Part shown: positions 57,289-64,000 of the stretch, piece after piece
Numbering within the stretch: position 1 is the first letter of the stretch
How the letters are laid out: the number at the start of each line of letters is the position of its first letter
Source of the DNA: Terriglobia bacterium
GTDB taxonomy: Bacteria > Acidobacteriota > Terriglobia > UBA7540 > JAPUME01
Assembly (NCBI GenBank): GCA_965222885.1
Contig: OZ244973.1
Location: forward strand, 3,946,141-4,010,140
DNA length: 64,000 bases
Direction of reading: 5' to 3'
The notes under the pieces: generated by a model
What the model saw: the letters and a program-made list of their open reading frames with translations, nothing else
Told to the model about the DNA's origin: nothing
The model's database searches: none
Program-made: the position numbers and the translations under genes

Positions 57289-57324
57289 GTTGCTGTCACG
57301 GCCATGCTCTACTGGCTGCGCAGC
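57289..57324. repeat. repeat S3, copy b (36 bp)
   Basis: gttgctgtcacggccatgctctactggctgcgcagc matches 32657..32692 at 33 of 36 positions. Confidence 0.8.
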
Positions 57325-57601
57325 TTGTTGTCGAGCGCGATCCAGTCGTTGCGATACCAGCGTTTGATGGCCTCCACCTGCTCCTGCAACTCGCTCCCCG
57401 GCGTCGGACCTGAGGTTCTTCCTCGATCAATTGTTGTTGGGAAAATTCTAACCAGTCCTTGTGGTATGCCTGCGTAGGTCCAATCCCTTATGCGCTCGTT
57501 TTGTCGAGCGGGATCTCATAGGCGGTTCGCGGAACTCATCGTGAACAGAGAGTTGCATTGGCCGCTCCTGGACGCCCGAGCAGCCGTGGGAAGCAGCGCT
57601 G

Positions 57602-60600
57602 TTAGTCTCGGGCCGTCGTTTGGTTCTTGGCCTGCGGCGGCGCATAGGTCAGTCCGAAAACGTTATCCGTCAGCCATCGCCGGAACGACTCGTTGTCTGT
57701 GAACTGCTTGAAGAGTTGCATGTCGTCGTTCAGCACGGCAGTCATCACACGCCTCAGGGCTTCGTCATGCTCGATCCGGGCGTTCTGCCTGTCGGAGTTC
57801 TCCCGTGCGTTGCGGTAGGCGGTGTCCTCGGCAACCCTGGCTGGAATCTCATTCGTAATGAGGCGGCGAACCCGGTCTTGGTCCTCCCAGGGGATATCCC
57901 CGAACTGGTCGTTGAAGGTCTTGAGGATTTTCGAGAGGCGATCGAGTTCGGGTTCCGGCCTGGAGCCGCCGCCGCTGGTCGGCACCGGCTCGATCTCGAC
58001 ATCCGCGTCCGCTAGTTGGACGTGTATCGCCGCCTTCTTCTCGACCCGGTAGCTGTCCATGTCGATGGACTCAAGGATGCCTTTGGACAGATCCTCTTCC
58101 ACGGGCGCGGGGAGCTTCGGCACGAGGAAGTTCAGGAAGATCGAGAGCTTCTCCCACTCGGCGTTCGTGTAGGGCAGGATCGAGGCGAGGAACCCGTACG
58201 CGCGCACAAACGCCTTGGCTTTGCCCTTGAAGTCCACCTGCCCGTCCTCGTCGAGCTGCTCCTTGTAGACCGCGACGCAGGCATCGAGGATGGGATCGAG
58301 CCGGTCGCGGTCGGCCCCTCCTAGATAGAGCGTCACGAGCTGCTCGATCTCCGCGTCGGAATACACCTGACAGCCGTCGAGTTCAGCCTTGAGGTCATGC
58401 AGCTTGTTGGGGTCCGTCTCCTCGCTGAGGATCGTCGTCCGGTAGTAGTCGGCGAACGCCTCCCGGATGGTATCGGCACCGTTCATGAAGTCGAGCACAA
58501 ACGCGTCGTGTTTCTGCGGGTGCGCCCGATTGAGACGCGACAGCGTCTGGACCGCCTTGATCCCGGACAAGATCTTGTCTACGTACATCGTGTGCAACAG
58601 CGGCTCGTCGTACCCGGTCTGGAACTTGTCGGCACAAATGAGGAACCGATACGGGTCCTGCTGGATCTCGTCGGCGATCCGCCCGGACGGGAAGCTATTG
58701 AGGGACACCTCACTGACCTGCACCCCGCCATGCTCGTGCTCGCCCGAGAAGGCGACGATGGCCCGATACGGACTCTTGCGCTCCAGCAGGTACTGCCGGA
58801 TCGCGTGGTAATACTGGATCGCGCGCTCGATGCCGCCGGTCACCACCATCGCGCGGGCCTTGCCACCGATCTTGTTGAGCGCCAGCACCTGTTCGTGGAA
58901 GTGGTCCACCATGATCTCGGCCTTGATCTGGATGGCATGTTCGTGGCTCTCCACGTAGCGGCGCAGCTTCTTCCGGGCGCGTTTGGTGTCGAACTCGGGA
59001 TCCCCCTCGATCTTCTTGATGAGCTTGTAGTAGCTCGCGACCGGTGTGTAGTGCCGCAGCACGTCCAGGATGAAGCCCTCCTGAATCGCCTGCTTCATGG
59101 TGTAGCTGTGGAAGGGGCGGTGCCTGGTCTGCCCGTCCGCCTCGCCGAAGATCTCCAGCGTCTTGTTCTTGGGCGTGGCGGTGAAGGCGAAGTAACTCGC
59201 GTTTGGTAGGAGCTTCCGCGCCGCCATGATGCGGTTGATCGTGTCCTCGGTGGTCTCGTCGTCCTCCTCTGCGCCCGCCTCGGATAGCGCCATGTTGACC
59301 GCAGCTGCGGTCCTGCCGCCCTGGCTCGAATGCGCCTCGTCGATGATGATGGCGAAACGCCGGCCCCGCTGCTCGTTCCCGATTTCGTCGAGGATGAATG
59401 GGAACTTCTGCACCGTCGAGATGATGATCTTCTTGCCGCTCTCGATAAACCTGCGGAGGTCACCCGATCGGTCGGCATGGCCGACGGTGGCCCCGACTTG
59501 GGCGAACTGCTTGATCGTGTCGCGGATCTGCTTGTCGAGGAGGCGTCGGTCGGTGACCACGATGATGGAGTCGAACACCCCTGCGTCGTTCTTCCTGAGT
59601 CCGATCAACTGGTGGGCGAGCCAGGCGATGGAGTTGGACTTCCCGCTGCCGGCCGAATGCTGGATGAGATATCGCTTCCCGGCGCCGTGCCGGCGCGTAT
59701 CAGCCAAGAGCCGCCGTACTACGTCGAGTTGGTGGTAGCGCGGCCAGATCTGCTCCTTCCTCTTCTTGCCCGTCTTCTCATCCTTGGTCTCGACGACCTG
59801 CGCGTAGTTCTCCAGGATGTTGGTCAGCCCGTCACGGGTGAGCAGGCGCGTCCAGAGGTAGTCGGTCTTGAGGCCATCCGGGTTAGGCGGGTTCCCGGCG
59901 CCGTCATTCCAGCCCTGATTGAAGGGCAGGAACCACGAGGTCTTTCCCTTGAGGTGCGTGCAGAACCGCACTTCGTGGTCGTCCACCGCGAAGTGCGCCA
60001 CCGAGCGGCCGAACTCGAAGAGCTTCTCGCGGGGGGCGCGGTCACGCTTGTACTGCTCCACTGCGTCCTCGACCGTCTGCTTGGTAAGACTGTTCTTCAG
60101 CTCGAACGTAGCGATCGGTAGGCCGTTGATGAACAGACCGAGGTCAAGCGCTCGCTGGGTTTCGTCGCGGTTGTAGCGGAGCTGGCGTGTGACGGAGAAG
60201 CGGTTCTGCGCGTAGCGTTCAGTGGCAACGGGGTTTCCGGGAGACGGCGTGCCGTAGAAGAGTTCGACATGATGTGGTCCGTCCTTGACTCCCTTGCGGA
60301 GTACGTCGATCACGCCGCGTTTGCTGACCTCGCCCTGGAGGCGCGCCAGAAACTTGCGCCGGGTCGGGCTATCCTGACCCAGGTCCAGTGATTCGGCAGC
60401 GTTCGTCTGGGTGGTGCAGAGGAAGGCGGAAAGCTGAGCGAGGTCCACGCAGTACTCCCGGTCGTAGTCCTGCGGGTCCCCGCAGACCCAGCCAGAGCCG
60501 TAGCTGGATGGCCGCTCCCGCACGACGCCCTCCTGAGTCGTGTCGCAGGGTTGGCCCGTCAGGGCCGTGCAAGATGAGGCGCTCAAGCCCCCTCTCGCTG

Positions 60601-60614
60601 GTGTCGGTGGTCAC
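57602..60614 (-). CDS. hsdR: type I restriction endonuclease subunit R (apparent 1-nt frameshift near the 5' end)
   Basis: HSDR_N region (FINGLPIATFELKNS), helicase motifs (LIQHSAGSGKS, IIIDEAHSSQGG, FTATPK, QTGYDEP). The family-typical N-terminus VTTDTSERGLERLI is in another frame (GTG 60614) and joins CTALTGQPCD only if nt ~60572 is skipped. Confidence 0.85.
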
Positions 60615-60632
60615 GTCACTCCTCGGCTCTCT

Positions 60633-60950
60633 TCAAATGACGATCTCCTTCGCCTCCCCAGAACCCATCTCGTTTACCGCAGCGCGGATCTCGTCGACCC
60701 GCAACTGGATGAGGGGCCAAGCGGTTGAGAGCAGCACCATGATGGAAATACTCCTATCGGCGAGGTTTTGCTGGTGCCGGATATTCTGGTCTGTGGTAAT
60801 CAGGAGGTCATAGCCTTCGTCTTCCGCGGCTTCGAGTAGATCCCCGTTATCGAGGTCGGACCAGCCCCGTTCAGAAGCGGTGTCCACCGAGTGTTCGGCG
60901 AGGTAGTGCTGGAGGGGTCTCGGAGTACCTTGATCGAATAGAATATTCAC
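60633..60950 (-). CDS. DUF5615-like PIN-fold protein (putative toxin)
   Basis: MNILFDQGTP.PL...L.......A.E.GW..L.NGDLL..AE..GYD.LITTDQNI..QQNL. Partner of the DUF433 gene upstream, with a 4-nt overlap. Confidence 0.6.
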   Translation of the reverse strand: MNILFDQGTPRPLQHYLAEHSVDTASERGWSDLDNGDLLEAAEDEGYDLLITTDQNIRHQQNLADRSISIMVLLSTAWPLIQLRVDEIRAAVNEMGSGEAKEIVI

Positions 60951-61174
60951 ACGACAGCCGAATCTGCCAAGGCTTTCATTTCGTGCTCAAGAACCGCCCT
61001 GACTTGCCATTCCCCTACACCTGGAAACCAGTCCAGGAATTGCTCTATTGATGCTCCTTCCTTGAGATTTTCAAATAGAGCGGATACGGGCACACGAGTT
61101 CCTTGAAAGACCCAGGCTCCACTGAGCTTTTCCGGGCGGCGTTCTACCGCCGGGCACGTCTCCCAGTTCGTCAT
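60947..61174 (-). CDS. DUF433-like protein (putative antitoxin)
   Basis: 75 aa. The G.WVF.GTRVPVSALFENL.EG.SI..FL..FP pattern is typical of DUF433. Confidence 0.6.
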   Translation of the reverse strand: MTNWETCPAVERRPEKLSGAWVFQGTRVPVSALFENLKEGASIEQFLDWFPGVGEWQVRAVLEHEMKALADSAVV

Positions 61175-61992
61175 ACGGTTACCTCACTTTCCATTGCTAG
61201 TTCCCCTGCCGACTCGTTGGCGTCATAGGGGTTGTGGTCCATATCATCCGCCAATGGGACGTCCCCGTCTATATGGTCACGGTCCTTCGCATCCTCCGGC
61301 AGCCGGGCGGCCGCCTCGCGCACATCGAGCTTCCCGGTGACCACGTCTGCGATGAGGCGGGTGCGGTATTCCCGGAGAAGGGCTATCTCAATCTCTGTGC
61401 GTTCCACCGCACGATCAATATTCGCTGTGGACTCATCCAAGAAGCGCAGTAGAAGCTCTTGTTCAGAGAGTGGAGGAAGGGGCACTGGCAGGTCAGCGTA
61501 TCTGTCAGCTCCGATGTTTTGGATCGTGGCGATGATGAAGGTGGCATCCTTCCACATGGCGAACCGCGCGCTTTGAGTGAACGCAAAGAAGAAGGACGGG
61601 TGAAGGATCGAACGGTTAGGCCGAGCTCGGATCAGGTAGCCAGCATGGCACGCAATCCCGGTCTCCTCGTCTACCAGGAACGCCTTGCCCACAGTCGCCC
61701 CGCTTCGTGCGAGTAACACATCACCTGGCTCCACAAGATAGTCCTTCGCTGTTTGCAGCGGGAGGGAACGGAAGGTATCTTTCCGTAGCGTCCCGTTCTT
61801 TGAGAAGTCAGTTATCCGCAGGTAACGGGGCCACGCTGGGTCGGTGTGTTCTGCGGCAGCGTTGGCACCATAAGTCAGCTTCCTCCTGATCAGATAACGG
61901 AGCCGCCGCACCTCCCAATGCTCCGGCACGTCCCCGAGCCACTCCACGCCGGAGGGCTTGTAGGCCGGGTAGGGCTTGAGATCGGCGATCAT
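61171..61992 (-). CDS. hsdS: type I restriction-modification specificity subunit, half-size (single TRD)
   Basis: The start pattern YPAYKPSGVEWLGDVPEHWEV.RL and the C-terminal conserved helix LPPLSEQE....FLD........I.....EI.LL.EYRT.LI.DVVTGK..V are present. 273 aa is about half the usual two-TRD length. Confidence 0.75.
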   Translation of the reverse strand: MIADLKPYPAYKPSGVEWLGDVPEHWEVRRLRYLIRRKLTYGANAAAEHTDPAWPRYLRITDFSKNGTLRKDTFRSLPLQTAKDYLVEPGDVLLARSGATVGKAFLVDEETGIACHAGYLIRARPNRSILHPSFFFAFTQSARFAMWKDATFIIATIQNIGADRYADLPVPLPPLSEQELLLRFLDESTANIDRAVERTEIEIALLREYRTRLIADVVTGKLDVREAAARLPEDAKDRDHIDGDVPLADDMDHNPYDANESAGELAMESEVTV

Positions 61993-64000
61993 GCTTCGGC
62001 CTCCCCGTTACCCATCTGCTTCTCGAAGGCTTGGCGCACGAGGCCCATCACGTAGGGTAGCTCGTCAGGTGTGCTCAGGAATACCTCCACGTCGCCGTTG
62101 CCCCAGCGGCCGAGGTTCGTTACATCCTTGGCGAGCCCCCTCGGGTCGTGCAGCTCGTGGAAGTGCAGGTTGAGCAAGAGGCGCAGACGGCTCTTTTGCG
62201 GCACCACGTCTACGAAGTTGGTCTCGGCCTTGTAGGCGACGTAGAGCTTCAGCATCTCCTCGCTGACGCAGGAGTCGAGCGCCATGACCTCCTTGCGGAA
62301 CGTCTCGAACAGCGGCCGCATGGGACTGTCCTCGGCGAGATACAGGTGGTCGTCTAGGGTGTACCCGGTGGGGCGTTCCGCCTTCGGGTGATAGGCCTCC
62401 AGCACCTCGGGTGGCAGCGCGGGTGGCGGCACCCACACCTGCACGGCCTGCTCCGCGAGCCGCTTTGCGCGCATCTTGATAGTGGCTTCGTTCCAGGTGT
62501 TCAAGGCGCCTAAACCCTCGTTGAGTCGTAGCGGGCTCTCTTTAAAGCCGCCTTGCATGTCGCGCTTCTCCCCAAATGGCCGGTCGCTGTACTCGGCGTT
62601 GTAGCCGGTGAGCGTAAGGTTGCCGAGGGTGTGCAGCCAGGTCTCCTGTACGCGCCGCCACTTCGGGCCAAGTGCCTCACACCACGTCGCCGAGAGGTTC
62701 TCGTTCTGGGGCAGGATGTGCTCGATGGTGTACTCGTCCACCGGCACGCGCTCCTTGCGGTCGTGGTTTTCCAGCCGCCGCAGCCAGTAGCTCCGACGCG
62801 GGAAGTTGTAGAGGTCGCGCACGGACATCTCACGCTTGAACTCCTCGTCACCGGGAAAGCGTCGGTAGGACGACAGGGTGAAGAAGTGCGCCTGGATACT
62901 CTCGATGTAGCGGTCTTTCTGGAGCACACGTCCGAAGGTGGCGAAGGTCTTGTTGAGCGAGTTGGTGGGAATGGCACACACCGCCCGGCGGAATACGTAG
63001 GCCTCGACCAGCCGTACGGCCCGGACGAAATCCTTCGTCGGGAGCCGGCCCTGAACGTGGTCATCATAGAGCTCCAGGAGGAAGGGAAAGGCCACATCTA
63101 CCTTCAGCGCGCGGAGATCCTGGAACGCCGACGCGAGGGCTTTGTCAGGTTCCTTGTCGAGAGCCATCGCACAGTAATACCCAGCGTAGGCATGGATGTC
63201 GGCAACGAGGGCGTCCACGCCAGCCGCTTTCACCTCGGGCAAGCGTGCGTGGCCCTTGAAGGCCTCGTAGACTGCCCGGACGTTCGGGATCACGCCGCCG
63301 GTCTTGAGCGTCAAGTAGTGACGTATGAAGCTGTCGAAGTGCGTGCCGTAGGCCTCCTGCCCGAAGGCGACCTCCATCGGCCGCCAGTGCTCCTCGTAGA
63401 GACGCGTCTGCTGGGCGGTGTCCAGACCCATCAGGATGAAATTGCGGATCAGGTCGGCCTGACTCAACTCGCGGCCAGTCGAGTTCATGCTCTCGAAGAT
63501 GAGCTGAGGGTTGTCCTGATCACGACTGAGGGCGATATCCACGATCATGAGCTTTGCGAGTCCCTTGCATAGCGGAGTGAGATCGGCCCCAACCGCCTGC
63601 ACCCATTCCTCGAAGAAGGTGAAGTTCTCCCTGATGCGGAGCGAGGGCTCGGCCGGCTGCGGTTTCTGCTGCATCAGGGCGAGCAGGCTCTGCTTGTCCG
63701 TCTGGGTGAGCAGAAGCTTGAAGCCGCGCTCGCCCTTTTCCAGGGTGTTGAGGAGGTAGTAGCTGCGTATCTTCTCTGCCGAGAAACCGTCCAGGGGCTC
63801 CCTGTCACTCACGCGCCTCGCCAAGGCTTCGAGAATGAGCATCACGGTCGTGAGGCGCTGCTGACCGTCGATGACGAGCAGTGGCGACTGGCTGGAGACC
63901 TGATAGAGCCCCTTTTCGATGTAGACGATGGAGCCAACGAAGTGGGCCGCGATGGCGTCGTTACTGCCCGTCCGCAGGATGTCGTTCCATAGCTGGCGGC
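61989..64000 (-). CDS. DUF262 + DUF1524 (GmrSD-like) protein, N-terminus outside window
   Basis: The frame stays open to the window edge. It contains VIDGQQRLTTVMLILEAL (DUF262 DGQQR motif) and later EYTIEHILPQN (DUF1524 His-Me finger-like motif). Confidence 0.75.
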   Translation of the reverse strand, partial: RQLWNDILRTGSNDAIAAHFVGSIVYIEKGLYQVSSQSPLLVIDGQQRLTTVMLILEALARRVSDREPLDGFSAEKIRSYYLLNTLEKGERGFKLLLTQTDKQSLLALMQQKPQPAEPSLRIRENFTFFEEWVQAVGADLTPLCKGLAKLMIVDIALSRDQDNPQLIFESMNSTGRELSQADLIRNFILMGLDTAQQTRLYEEHWRPMEVAFGQEAYGTHFDSFIRHYLTLKTGGVIPNVRAVYEAFKGHARLPEVKAAGVDALVADIHAYAGYYCAMALDKEPDKALASAFQDLRALKVDVAFPFLLELYDDHVQGRLPTKDFVRAVRLVEAYVFRRAVCAIPTNSLNKTFATFGRVLQKDRYIESIQAHFFTLSSYRRFPGDEEFKREMSVRDLYNFPRRSYWLRRLENHDRKERVPVDEYTIEHILPQNENLSATWCEALGPKWRRVQETWLHTLGNLTLTGYNAEYSDRPFGEKRDMQGGFKESPLRLNEGLGALNTWNEATIKMRAKRLAEQAVQVWVPPPALPPEVLEAYHPKAERPTGYTLDDHLYLAEDSPMRPLFETFRKEVMALDSCVSEEMLKLYVAYKAETNFVDVVPQKSRLRLLLNLHFHELHDPRGLAKDVTNLGRWGNGDVEVFLSTPDELPYVMGLVRQAFEKQMGNGEAEA

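Noticed and set aside
57289-57324. Calling S3 the 3' end of the IS110 transposase gene
   Set aside because: The + strand reading (..AMLYWLRS) only loosely recalls IS110 C-termini. The similarity between the two S3 copies ends at the same point on both sides. The minus strand at copy b reads as a plausible gene end (..WIALDNKLRSQ*). The evidence is insufficient either way.
58397-59209. 270-aa + strand ORF, plus others inside 57.6-60.6 kb
   Set aside because: They are antisense to hsdR, whose helicase motifs fix the coding strand.
62553-63572. 339-aa + strand ORF
   Set aside because: It is antisense to the DUF262/DUF1524 gene.
1-64000. CRISPR arrays, rRNA and tRNA genes
   Set aside because: Scanning by eye showed no regularly spaced short direct repeats and no rRNA- or tRNA-like conserved blocks. 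This visual scan is not a substitute for tRNAscan, Infernal or CRISPR finders.

Overview
High-GC bacterial chromosome segment. The gene content (Tat-signal oxidoreductases, sulfatase, PQQ-like propellers, CarboxypepD_reg-type TonB receptors) suggests Acidobacteriota or a similar phylum, but this is inference and no search was run. Positions 1 to about 30,000 are ordinary core genes: sugar and oxidoreductase enzymes, prfB with its programmed +1 frameshift, lnt, a SPOR protein, an SPFH/NfeD pair, TPR proteins, PBP1A and proS. From about 32.5 kb to the window end the sequence becomes an IS-scarred accessory mosaic. It holds two IS630 copies, two IS3/IS407-like copies plus an end remnant, an IS110 remnant, and split or truncated host genes. 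It also holds several conflict-type modules. The most interesting part is 33.0-41.5 kb. This segment is AT-richer than the core and is bracketed by a roughly 130-bp direct repeat. It starts with a putative DNA-base-hypermodification-family gene and a phosphopantetheinyl transferase that was recently split by IS630. A tightly coupled 7-gene + strand operon follows: carrier-protein-like, XRE repressor, ImmA/IrrE metalloprotease fused to a chagasin-like (I42) cysteine-protease-inhibitor domain, cytoplasmic papain-like C1 peptidase, thymidylate-synthase-fold protein, MazG-like NTP pyrophosphohydrolase, and membrane-anchored dCTP-deaminase-like protein. I know of no described system with this architecture. 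I propose it as a candidate new regulated nucleotide-pool or DNA-modification conflict system. Other modules are an ApeA-like HEPN gene flanked by a perfect 25-bp direct repeat, a HEPN(MtlR-like)+RusA-like pair, an orphan vsr, and a decayed hsdR relic. There is also a type I R-M operon carrying an embedded DUF433/DUF5615 pair and a DUF262/DUF1524 (GmrSD-like) gene. All protein calls rest on motif recognition by eye, without any database search.
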